Virus record (IMG/VR): IMGVR_UViG_3300045988_145861
Coordinates: 1-39,456 of that record
Source: a virus
Length of the DNA stretch: 39,456 nucleotides
Reading direction: 5' to 3' (one strand)
Under the pieces are notes generated by a model that was not told where the DNA came from, ran no database searches, and saw only the letters and a list, made by a program, of their open reading frames with translations. The translations under genes were made by a program, and so were the position numbers. Positions 31,492 to 39,401 of this stretch are shown here, piece by piece. Position 1 is the stretch's first letter; each line of letters begins with the position of its first letter.

Positions 31492-31874
31492 TTGGTCTCC
31501 TGTTCCTGAATTATGAGGGTCACCGTGTGGATGCCCTTGGGCGATTTTTGCGGGTCTCGCGCGAAGGCAACGAGGGGTAGGTGCGTGTGGTCGTCGTCGT
31601 CCCAGACGCGGGCGTCCACGAGGCCGTCAATGATGGCCTTCACGGTTGGTTCGGCGTTGGTGGGGTCGGCGCGCCCCTTGGTGGGGTAGCCGATCATGGT
31701 TGTGACGATGCTGGGGCCGAGGCGACTGCCTGCCAGGCCGTGGATGCGGGCCTCGCTGGCTGCGTAGGCTCGGAGCATCCGTGTGCGTCGCATCCGCGTT
31801 GACCAGTGGAGTCTCTGGTTAGCGGTGAGCCACAGGGCTTTGTGGACGCCGATTGTGAGCGTGTGACGGCTCAT
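31488..31874 (-). CDS. rusA: RusA-like Holliday junction resolvase (128 aa)
   Basis: GRADPTNAEPTVKAIIDGLVDARVWDDDDH matches the RusA DPDN...D.L...DD pattern. ATG 31874 overlaps the upstream stop. Confidence 0.7.
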   Translation of the reverse strand: MSRHTLTIGVHKALWLTANQRLHWSTRMRRTRMLRAYAASEARIHGLAGSRLGPSIVTTMIGYPTKGRADPTNAEPTVKAIIDGLVDARVWDDDDHTHLPLVAFARDPQKSPKGIHTVTLIIQEQETK

Positions 31875-32719
31875 TTGTCGTCCATATGCGTTAGGGCGAC
31901 TGCGGCGGCGTGGGCGGCCTGTAGGGGCACGGTGCCCGAGTAGAGCAGGCCCATGCGCTGGTCGTGGGTGAGGCGCATGTCCGGCGTGCTCACGTAGCCG
32001 ATAGGTAGCCCCATCATCCACTCGACGAAGCCGAGGGACAGGCGGCCCGGGGCGGGGCTGGTGGGCAACGTGTACAGGGGATACGGGTACCGTTCGCCGG
32101 TGACTTTCTCCCAGTGTTCGAGTGCCCGGCTGTCGGCCTTTCCTTCCATGTCGGCGCGCGCCCACCTGTCTGCCTCGCTGTCGAGGTAGGTGCAGTAAGC
32201 ACTCGGGCTGGTCCATAGGCTGCCGGTCCATGGGGCAGCGTCCAGGTACGCTTCGTTCACGCGTGGCGCGGGGCAGTCGTTGCGGACTCCTATCGCGTAC
32301 GAGCGTAGGCGGAGGTGGGGTGCGCCGACATCGTTCGAGCACATGCGAAGCCATAACGAGCGGTATCCGTGGCTGTCGAGGTATTCGCAGATGGGCACGG
32401 CTTCGTCGTTGGGGAGCTGCGCCTCGACGATGACGAGCGGCGGTTTGTAGCCTTCGTCGATAAGCGGCGCGCCCGTGGTCTGCCAGGTCGCATACCTGTT
32501 GATAGTGAGCACGTCCACCATCGGCGGCGGCGCGTCGATGACGGTGTGCGCGCCCGCATGGGGGTGGTGGTAGCGCATCGCCGTGCGTCCGGGGCAGTCG
32601 GCCGCCTGGCCGGGGTGTGCGTGCCAGGCGAGCGTCGCGCCGCCCAGCGCGGCGGCCACACCGATAGGGAGGCCACCGTAACCTGGGTCAATAGCGCCGA
32701 TGGTCAGTTCCGTAGTCAT
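31871..32719 (-). CDS. C5-cytosine-methyltransferase-like paralogue lacking the catalytic motifs (probable pseudoenzyme)
   Basis: Aligns by eye with 33712..34950. Motif I is GYGGL in both. Motif IV GSPCQ is replaced by LTINRY, ENV by EAQ, and GAPHQRAR by GAPHLRLR. The C-terminal FVEWMMGLPIGYV and SGTVPLQ are retained. Confidence 0.65.
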   Translation of the reverse strand: MTTELTIGAIDPGYGGLPIGVAAALGGATLAWHAHPGQAADCPGRTAMRYHHPHAGAHTVIDAPPPMVDVLTINRYATWQTTGAPLIDEGYKPPLVIVEAQLPNDEAVPICEYLDSHGYRSLWLRMCSNDVGAPHLRLRSYAIGVRNDCPAPRVNEAYLDAAPWTGSLWTSPSAYCTYLDSEADRWARADMEGKADSRALEHWEKVTGERYPYPLYTLPTSPAPGRLSLGFVEWMMGLPIGYVSTPDMRLTHDQRMGLLYSGTVPLQAAHAAAVALTHMDDK

Positions 32720-32994
32720 CGGTCGCTCCTGTTCTTCGGTGCGTCGTCTGCGGTGACCTCGGGGACAACCTTGATGTGCATAGGGCCGCGCTCATCAGGC
32801 GAGAAAACAACCAGGCTTCCAGCGTGCGCGAACCACCTGTACCCGCAGCACCCCGTCAGCCAATAGCCGGGATTGTTAACTTCGACGGCAAGCTCGCTGC
32901 CCTCATTGCGGACAGTCACGCCGAGGCCCCACGCTCTCAGGGCTTTCGTGTCGGCCTCGGGGTCGCCCGTGAGCCTGTAGGCATAGAAGTTCAC
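32716..32994 (-). CDS. Hypothetical protein (92 aa)
   Basis: The GTG at 32994 overlaps the upstream stop (GTGA). Confidence 0.45.
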   Translation of the reverse strand: MNFYAYRLTGDPEADTKALRAWGLGVTVRNEGSELAVEVNNPGYWLTGCCGYRWFAHAGSLVVFSPDERGPMHIKVVPEVTADDAPKNRSDR

Positions 32995-33299
32995 GCGAGT
33001 TCCTCCTCGGTGATGGCCTGGCCGGGGTGCGTGTACCAGGCGCGGAAGTCGCCCGCCGTGCGATTCGAGACGCGCAGCCTGCCAGGCGTGGACACGAGCA
33101 TGTCGCCTTCTATGGCCCACACGGTGGGGCCGGGCCCGGTCAGGTAGATCAAGCCGTCGTCGGTGCATGCGACCACCTTGCGGGCGATCTTCGCAATCGC
33201 AGTCGCGTTGTCGCGGGTCAGGCGCACCGCGCGCACCATGACGCGCTCCTGGTAGGTGCGCACGCCGTCAAGCCCGGCGAACGGGTCAAACGTAGTCAT
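32991..33299 (-). CDS. Hypothetical protein (102 aa)
   Basis: ATG 33299 follows GAGGAGGAAACAGG and overlaps the upstream stop (ATGA). Confidence 0.5.
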   Translation of the reverse strand: MTTFDPFAGLDGVRTYQERVMVRAVRLTRDNATAIAKIARKVVACTDDGLIYLTGPGPTVWAIEGDMLVSTPGRLRVSNRTAGDFRAWYTHPGQAITEEELA

Positions 33300-33715
33300 C
33301 CTGTTTCCTCCTCTGTGAGAAGTGAATCTTGTGTGTGGGGGGACCTGTCCCACGTCCGGTAGTAGGGGTTGGCGTATTCGGCGAGGCCGCGCGGGTTCGC
33401 GATCTCTAGGAGAACGTCTGCGTGGCATGGCTGGCCCAGTGGACACCAGCACGCGAGGTCGCGACCCCAGAGGACGCGGCGGGCAGAGTCCTCTACGTGG
33501 CGCCCCTCCCTCGTTGTCTCGAGCCACTCACGGAATCGCTCGACTGCCTCCTCGGGCGTGGCGACAACCATGGGATCGCCAGCATCGAGTTCGCGTCGTG
33601 TTCGGGCGACTCGGTAGGGGTTCCCGTACAGGCTTCCCCTGCCCACGTACTTGGTGTGCGCGGGCATACGCCACCCGCGTGTCCGCTGGCGTTGGACACG
33701 GATCGGCACCCTCAT
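33296..33715 (-). CDS. DUF4326-family protein
   Basis: YVGRGSLYGNPY...GRDLACWCPLGQPCHADVLLEIAN matches the DUF4326 signature (GRGS.WGNP...L.CWC....CHAD.L). Confidence 0.7.
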   Translation of the reverse strand: MRVPIRVQRQRTRGWRMPAHTKYVGRGSLYGNPYRVARTRRELDAGDPMVVATPEEAVERFREWLETTREGRHVEDSARRVLWGRDLACWCPLGQPCHADVLLEIANPRGLAEYANPYYRTWDRSPHTQDSLLTEEETG

Positions 33716-34950
33716 GAGCGTTCCTCCGTCCGCGCCGCTCGGATGAGCGTCCCGACCGCGAGCGCGGTTTGTTGTGGGACGACTCCGTTTCCGAGGAGCC
33801 GTAGTTGGTGCTCACGTGGCAGGTCGAGGTCGGTGACGTGGCCGTCTGGTAGGCCCATGAGCCATTCGACGAACCGTGTGGAGAGCTGGGGTTTGCCGCC
33901 TGGGCGGCGTGATGGTGTCGAAGGGGGTGGGGCTGCCCGGCCTGTGATCTGTTCCCATCGGGCGATCACTTTCGCGTAGGGTCCGAAGTGGGTGAGGTCG
34001 CTGCTGGTTGCTACCTCGTGCAGGTTCGGCCCGTATCCGGTGGATGACCTGGACGCGTTCACTGCCTGCGGTGTCGGGAGGAGTCCCCCTGTTGGGAGCA
34101 GGTCGTTTTCGACGATGATGGCCAGGTCCGTGACGCGCTCCCTGACTGGCTTTTTGCGCAGGTGCTCGGACGGGCTGTTTCCCGAGGGCTGGGCGACAGG
34201 TGTGGGGAGGAGCTGCACTGCCTGCGTGAGGCTGTGGCCTGTGCCCTCTGGGTGGCGGCCAGCTTTGTGGTCCGACGCGGTTGGCGTCGGGATCAGAGGG
34301 CAGTCACTTGGTCTTGTAGGCTCACGCTGTGGCCGCCTGCCCGCCGCTTTTCGGGGTGCTGGGGGCCTCCGCATGTCCCAAGGTTGGCCGTGGGGGTGGC
34401 CAATAAGGAAGAGGCGGGCGCGCTGGTGTGGTGCGCCGGCGTCGGAAGCTCGTATAACTGCCCAGTGACAGTCATACCCGAGGCCGGCCAGGTCTCCTGC
34501 CACACGGCCTGCTGCCCTGAGAGCAGGTCGAGTTGCTTGGTCTCCCAGCATTGTCGGCTCGGATTCCAACGGGCTATAGGCTCTTGCACTGAGGGCTCCT
34601 TGCACGTTTTCCCACACCACGAGGCGGGGTCTGATGGTTTCGATTGCGGCGGCCATGGATTCCCAGAGGCCCGAGCGTGTGCCGGTGGCCATGCCTGCGC
34701 GTTTGCCTGCGAGGCTGAGGTCTTGGCATGGGCTGCCGCCGCAGATGATGTCGACGGGTTCCACGTCTGCCCAGTCGATCTGGGTGATGTCCCCGAGGTT
34801 CGGGGTGGTGGGCCACCTGACGGCAGCGAGCTTGCAGGGACCGGGTTCAACGTCGCTGGTCCAGGCGACCCGCGCGTCGGGGTCTATGGCCATGGCGACC
34901 CCCATATCCAGGCCGCCGTACCCGGTGAACAGACTCCCGATGGTGGTCAT
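33712..34950 (-). CDS. DNA (cytosine-5)-methyltransferase
   Basis: Motif I LFTGYGGLDMG, motif IV GGSPCQDLSLAGKR, motif VI VVWENVQG, motif VIII GAPHQRARLFLIG, motifs IX/X FVEWLMGLPDGHV and LLGNGVVPQ. Confidence 0.92.
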   Translation of the reverse strand: MTTIGSLFTGYGGLDMGVAMAIDPDARVAWTSDVEPGPCKLAAVRWPTTPNLGDITQIDWADVEPVDIICGGSPCQDLSLAGKRAGMATGTRSGLWESMAAAIETIRPRLVVWENVQGALSARAYSPLESEPTMLGDQATRPALRAAGRVAGDLAGLGYDCHWAVIRASDAGAPHQRARLFLIGHPHGQPWDMRRPPAPRKAAGRRPQREPTRPSDCPLIPTPTASDHKAGRHPEGTGHSLTQAVQLLPTPVAQPSGNSPSEHLRKKPVRERVTDLAIIVENDLLPTGGLLPTPQAVNASRSSTGYGPNLHEVATSSDLTHFGPYAKVIARWEQITGRAAPPPSTPSRRPGGKPQLSTRFVEWLMGLPDGHVTDLDLPREHQLRLLGNGVVPQQTALAVGTLIRAARTEERS

Positions 34951-35183
34951 TGTTCCGCCAGCTCCTCGACTGAGATACCGACCTCCCCGGGCGCGGCGGT
35001 GGTGCTCGTGTAGCCGACAGCGAGTTTGGCGCTTTCGTTGAAGTATCCGGCTGGCCTGATCTGTATGTTGTCGATCATGGAGCCTTCGGGCAGGCGGAGC
35101 ATGATCGCGCCGAGGAGCGCGGAGGGGATACCCTTTCGCGGGTCGTAGGTGATGGTGAATACATCGCGGCGTTGCGTGCTCAT
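34947..35183 (-). CDS. Small-protein family member P6 (78 aa), detached copy
   Basis: VFTITYDPRKGIPSALLGAIMLRLPEGSMIDNIQI...KLAVGY follows the same pattern as P1-P5. Confidence 0.55.
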   Translation of the reverse strand: MSTQRRDVFTITYDPRKGIPSALLGAIMLRLPEGSMIDNIQIRPAGYFNESAKLAVGYTSTTAAPGEVGISVEELAEQ

Positions 35184-35347
35184 TGTGCGGTCCTTTCGAT
35201 GTCGCTCAAGTGCAGTATGAGGTGGTCAACATGAGTGGCTGCTTCGTCGATGGCGAGGGTGATACCCAGCTTGTTGGCGATGCCTGCGGCTTCCCTGATC
35301 TGCTCTCTCGCTTCGAAGAGGCAAGACAGTACGTCATCCACATTCAT
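35180..35347 (-). CDS. Hypothetical small protein (55 aa), below the track length cutoff
   Basis: My translation: MNVDDVLSCLFEAREQIREAAGIANKLGITLAIDEAATHVDHLILHLSDIERTAQ. GAGGAGGA RBS and ATGA overlaps at both ends. Confidence 0.5.
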   Translation of the reverse strand: MNVDDVLSCLFEAREQIREAAGIANKLGITLAIDEAATHVDHLILHLSDIERTAQ

Positions 35348-35493
35348 GCGAAGTCCTCCTCACTAACGCTGGCGGCGGCCATTTGTGCTGCGAGCTGGGT
35401 GACCGCGTCCTGTAGTGCCGCCATGGCGATTGCTTCACGCAGGTGGGCGGCGGCCTCCGCGTAGGGGCTCTTGTGCGGCCATTCGGGGATCAT
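35344..35493 (-). CDS. Hypothetical small protein (49 aa), below the track length cutoff
   Basis: My translation: MIPEWPHKSPYAEAAAHLREAIAMAALQDAVTQLAAQMAAASVSEEDFA. The ATG overlaps the methyltransferase stop (ATGA). Confidence 0.45.
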   Translation of the reverse strand: MIPEWPHKSPYAEAAAHLREAIAMAALQDAVTQLAAQMAAASVSEEDFA

Positions 35494-36519
35494 GCTGCGT
35501 CATCTCCCATGCCGAACAGGTTGAGGGGCGCTTCGATGCCCTGCGCGAAACGTGCTTTGATGAGCGGGATGTACCTGTCGTCGAGTTCGCAGCCGACCGC
35601 GCGCACGTTCTCCATGGCCGCCGCCTGCAGGGTTGTGCCCGACCCGGCGAACGGTTCGAGGATCAGCGCACCGGGCCGCACCACGAGACGGATCAGGTAT
35701 CGCATGAGCTCGAGGGGCTTCACGGTGACGTGCTGTACCCCCCCCCACGATGGGGCGCTCGCGCTTAGGGGCCTTCGGTTGGTATCTGAATACCGGCCAC
35801 ACGTGGTCGGGGGCGCCCTGCTGCACGGCGGCGGCCATGGCCTGCTCGCCCATGAGCAGGTTCGGCGGGTACGAGCCGCCCGCTGCGTCCATGCCTGCGC
35901 GAATGTTCATCGCGCCGGTGCCGTGCTCACGGACGTTGTCGACCAGGCGGCCCTCGAGAGGGCGTCGCGCGACGACGATGGGCTCCCACGCTGGTTTAAG
36001 GCCGACGCCCCAGCCTTCCCAGGTTTTGGCTTCGTCGGTGACAGGTTCGCCGGTGGCGTGGAGTTTGTGAGATGACATGTGCGTCGCGGTGGCCTCGTCT
36101 GCCCATTCGCGCACGTCGCGGCCTTCGCGTTGATCCAGGACGCCCGTGGCGCGGTCGAACGCTGATGAGAGGTCCATTCCGGCGGGTTTGCCGTCGGCTC
36201 GTATCCAGGCCATAGCGTCGCGGATCTCGAAGCCGGCGTCCTCGAGGGCGCTCGTGAGCCGGTGGTAGGTTCGGGGCGCGCTGAACGCGAGCAGGTAGCC
36301 GCCGGGCTTGATGACGCGCAGCGCCTCCTCTCCCCATGACTGCGCCCACGCCTGGAACCCCTGCGGGGTGGCCGTGTCCCACTTCTCGCCCGCGAAAATG
36401 ATCCCGTAGGGCGGGTCAGTGATGACCGCGTCGAAATGATCGGCGGGGAGCCTGCGCATGATGTCCCGGCAATCCCCCTGGTGCAGGGTGATGCCGTCGT
36501 ATAGGTCGATTCCGTTCAC
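35490..36519 (-). CDS. Beta-class (DPPY first, FxGxG last) N6-adenine/N4-cytosine DNA methyltransferase, frame-interrupted at a G9 tract (35738-35746)
   Basis: GTG 36519 overlaps the RecT stop (GTGA). N-terminal part: ITDPPYGI motif IV. After the G9 run the true continuation HVTVKPLELMRYLIRLVVRPGALILEPFAGSGTT (motif I) is in the other frame (track ORF 35490..35723). 1030 nt is one nt too many. Confidence 0.8.
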
Positions 36520-37523
36520 GCTGCGCCCCCGTTCGGGTCGGTGTCGTCGCCGTAGTCGAAGATCGGGGCCTGCTGGTCGTCGATGATCTCGACCTCGGCC
36601 TCGGGCGCCGGTTCGGGCGCCGGCTGGGTGCGACCGCTGTTGTAGATAGCGAGCAGCTCGGCGTGGATTATGGAGGCCTGTTCGTCGTTCAGGGCGGTCA
36701 CGGAGATGAGCTGGCCGAGGCACCGCTTGCACAGCGCATCGTAGGCTTCCTGGGTGAAGCTGAGGATGTCGAGGCCCTTTGCGACGCTGGCCTGCGCGGG
36801 CGTGAGCGGCTTTGCAGGCTGGGTTAGCTCATGTGGTGCCGCCGCGGGCGTCGCGGCCGGCGTCGGCTTCGCCGCCGGGGCAGGCTTGGCGGGTGCTTCG
36901 GCGACGATCTCCGCTTCGATGACCTCACCCGTCTCCGTCATGGTGGCCCCGAAGTCCTCGGGGCTGTAGATCATGCCCATGAGGGCTTCGGATGCGCCTT
37001 GGCGCGCGACCTCGGTGATTGCACGGGTCCTGAGCATCTGGGTCGGGTACTGCGACCAGGGCCCCTTCTGGCCCCACAGGCCCGCCTTCACGGCCTTGTC
37101 CTTGTCCCAGGTCACCTCGAATTTGAACGTCTTGTCGTCCGCGCGGATCAGCGTCGCAGTCACGGACTCGGGGCTGTTTTCGGCGATGCGCAGGGTGTGG
37201 CCGGCGCGGCGGATCACGGCGGCCATGAGGTCGGATGAGAGTGTCGCCCGCCCGTTGATGACGGCGATAGAGGCCAGCGCTTGGAGCGGCTCGAGGCCGA
37301 GGGCTGCGCCGGTTTCGGCGGCGACAAATGCGTTCGCAGGGTTGCCCCTGTATGCGGTGGGGATGATCGTTGAGGGGGCGATCCGCGCGATGTAGGCGGC
37401 GCGTTCCTGCAGGCCGGCGGTGATGTAGGAGAATCCGGGGGTTGGCGTGGGGGCCGGTACTGGGGTGGTTTTCGCGGCGGCCTTGCCGCGAGGCTTAGCG
37501 ACTTCGGTGGAAGCCATGAGCAT
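36516..37523 (-). CDS. recT: RecT-family single-strand annealing recombinase
   Basis: ...AALGLEPLQALASIAVINGRATLSSDLMAAVIRRAGH...WGQKGPWSQYPTQMLRTRAITEVAR is a RecT-like core, with an Ala/Pro-rich acidic tail. Confidence 0.8.
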   Translation of the reverse strand: MLMASTEVAKPRGKAAAKTTPVPAPTPTPGFSYITAGLQERAAYIARIAPSTIIPTAYRGNPANAFVAAETGAALGLEPLQALASIAVINGRATLSSDLMAAVIRRAGHTLRIAENSPESVTATLIRADDKTFKFEVTWDKDKAVKAGLWGQKGPWSQYPTQMLRTRAITEVARQGASEALMGMIYSPEDFGATMTETGEVIEAEIVAEAPAKPAPAAKPTPAATPAAAPHELTQPAKPLTPAQASVAKGLDILSFTQEAYDALCKRCLGQLISVTALNDEQASIIHAELLAIYNSGRTQPAPEPAPEAEVEIIDDQQAPIFDYGDDTDPNGGAA

Positions 37524-37550
37524 GATTCCTTTCAGTAGGAGATCGGGGTG

Positions 37551-37889
37551 TCAGTCCTGGCCCTTTCGGCGGCGCCTGGTTGCCGACCGGCGCTTCGCCT
37601 CGTTCTGGTCCAAGGAGAGCCACACGAGGTAGCCGCCTTGTCCGTCCGAGCGGGAGTCCACGACCCAGAACGTGCCGTGACGGTTAAGGCTGTGAGCGTA
37701 GGCGCGGATCGTGTCCACGCGGCGGCGGGGCCAGCCGCCTGTCTCGCTGTCCTCGTTCGGTAGGAGAAACGTTTCGCCTGGGTGCGTCTGGATGTGGCGA
37801 CGCTCGGCGGGCGTCGTGATGCGCAGGAACAGGGGGGCGTGGGAGCCGATCTGCGTCTTGCCGGGGATCGGGGCTTTACGGATCGTCAT
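37551..37889 (-). CDS. Hypothetical protein (112 aa), basic C-terminus
   Basis: Track ORF, ATGA-coupled to the upstream gene. Confidence 0.5.
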   Translation of the reverse strand: MTIRKAPIPGKTQIGSHAPLFLRITTPAERRHIQTHPGETFLLPNEDSETGGWPRRRVDTIRAYAHSLNRHGTFWVVDSRSDGQGGYLVWLSLDQNEAKRRSATRRRRKGQD

Positions 37890-38101
37890 TCTGCTTCGCC
37901 TCCCTGCTGTTCTTCGCGGCCCATGACGGCGAGGGCGAGTGCGATACCGCAGGCGGTGGGGATGAGGGCGAGGACGCCGGCGGCGAGGTTTCGCTCGTAG
38001 ACGGCCAGAAGCATCGCGAGTGCGCCGTTGGTTACGGATGCGGCGGCGGCCAGGAGGTAGATGGTTGCGGCGGTCTTGGTGTAGACGGGCACGTATCGCA
38101 T
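37886..38101 (-). CDS. Small two-TM membrane protein (71 aa from ATG 38101)
   Basis: AAGGA RBS before ATG 38101. Hydrophobic segments AATIYLLAAAASVTNGALAMLLAV and VLALIPTACGIALALAVM. Confidence 0.5.
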   Translation of the reverse strand: MRYVPVYTKTAATIYLLAAAASVTNGALAMLLAVYERNLAAGVLALIPTACGIALALAVMGREEQQGGEAE

Positions 38102-38131
38102 GGTGGTTTTGTCCTTTGGGTGATTAGGGGG

Positions 38132-38166
38132 TGGGGGCCGCCGGGCTGCCAGCGGGGCGGCCCCCA
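38132..38166 (-). terminator. GC-rich hairpin (11-bp stem TGGGGGCCGCC / GGCGGCCCCCA) between early genes, possible attenuator
   Basis: Read directly. No U-tail. Confidence 0.3.
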
Positions 38167-38177
38167 CACGGGCGGGG

Positions 38178-38474
38178 TTAGGCTACGAGCGGCTGTTCGG
38201 GCAACGTCGCGGCGAGCTTCCTAGCGACAGCTTCGCGCATGTCGGCGGCGCCGATTGCGGCGTCCAGGTCGTCGATGATCTTCGTCATCCTGTCGTGCTC
38301 CTTGCTGAGCACTGCCTTTGCGACGCGGATAGCTGCGGCGGTGTGGAGTCGCTCGACTTCTTCGTGGTCGATCTCGGCGGCGAGGCTTTCCTCCTTGAGG
38401 AAGGCGCGCAGCCACGTCAGGTCGTCGAGCTCAATAGTGAGTGTCACCGGGTTTACGAGGTGCTTCGTGGTCAT
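38178..38474 (-). CDS. Hypothetical protein (98 aa)
   Basis: Track ORF. The ATG overlaps the adhesin stop (ATGA). Confidence 0.5.
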   Translation of the reverse strand: MTTKHLVNPVTLTIELDDLTWLRAFLKEESLAAEIDHEEVERLHTAAAIRVAKAVLSKEHDRMTKIIDDLDAAIGAADMREAVARKLAATLPEQPLVA

Positions 38475-39401
38475 CGTCCGTGGCCTCCCAGGTAACGGCG
38501 GTTGATGACGTACCCACCGGCGGTGAGGAGGACACCCAGGGCGAAAGACCCGAGCGCGACCTTGATGCCGTCGAGGGTTGCGCCGGTCTTAGCGAGCTGA
38601 GTCGCCGGGGCCGGAGCGGGCTGTGCGTCTGCTTTCGGCTCGGGCTTCGGGGTCGCGTGCGTGGGCACGGGCACCGGCTCGGTGGTCACGCGCGGCTCCG
38701 GGGTGGGGTCAGGAGTCGGCGTGGACTGGGGTTCGTCCGAGGGCTTCGGTGCGGGCGTCGCAGGCGTGGACGGGGTGGTGGGCGTCGGCTCCGGCGTGGG
38801 CTCCGTGGACGGCTCGGGGGCCGGGGCGGGCGTGGGCTTCACGGTGCCGTCACCGTCGGTGCCGCCGCCGGCCTTCACTGTCGCGGTCGCCTCCAGGCTC
38901 GCGCCGTTGATCGTCGCCTTGTTGGTGTACGTCGTCACGCCCTCGACGGGCTGCGTCGCGTCAGGGTAGGTCACGCACGTGAGAGCCCCGGTCGGGGGCG
39001 TGAACACGAGGGTGTGCTTCGTGTCGTCGAGCTTGCCGTCAGTCCACGACGTGGTCGCGGGGTCCCAGGTCGGGCCGGTCGAGCATTTCACCGCCGTGTG
39101 CAGTGTGTTGGTTTCGTCGATGATCGTGTACTCGACGCTGGGGTCCGCCTTCCACTGGATGCCCCACCCGACCGAGCCGTCGCGGTTGGTCCACCCGTAC
39201 TTCACGGTTTCGGGCCGTGCGTACTCGTAGTGAGCGGGGCCGGAGCAGTCGTTGCTGCAGGTGCCCGTGCCCTCACGGTCGCCCCACACGAGGGTGCGGA
39301 CGACCTGCCCGTTCAGGGTGATCGAGGTCGATTCAGTTCCAACCGCCTTGTCGACGAGGCTGGCGCGGGCATGGAACGTGCCCGTGACGTTCTCCTTCGC
39401 G
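38471..39401 (-). CDS. Cell-wall-anchored adhesin, C-terminal segment: Ig-like domains, Pro/Thr-rich stalk, LAKTG sorting signal
   Basis: C-terminus ...ATQLAKTGATLDGIKVALGSFALGVLLTAGGYVINRRYLGGHGR is an LAXTG motif, a hydrophobic helix and a basic tail. The track Met at 39427 is internal; the true start is at 344 across the junction. Confidence 0.8.

Noticed and set aside
37886-38101. The small two-TM protein, considered as a holin.
   Set aside because: A complete lysis cassette (amidase, three-TM holin, membrane coiled-coil protein) exists at 7754-9431. This gene is in the early operon and is more likely an exclusion or unknown membrane function.
38600-38860. Possible tandem DNA repeats in the Pro/Thr-rich stalk of the adhesin.
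   Set aside because: The stalk is low-complexity at the protein level (PTPEP-like). I could not find exact periodic DNA units, so I treat it as compositional bias rather than a repeat array.
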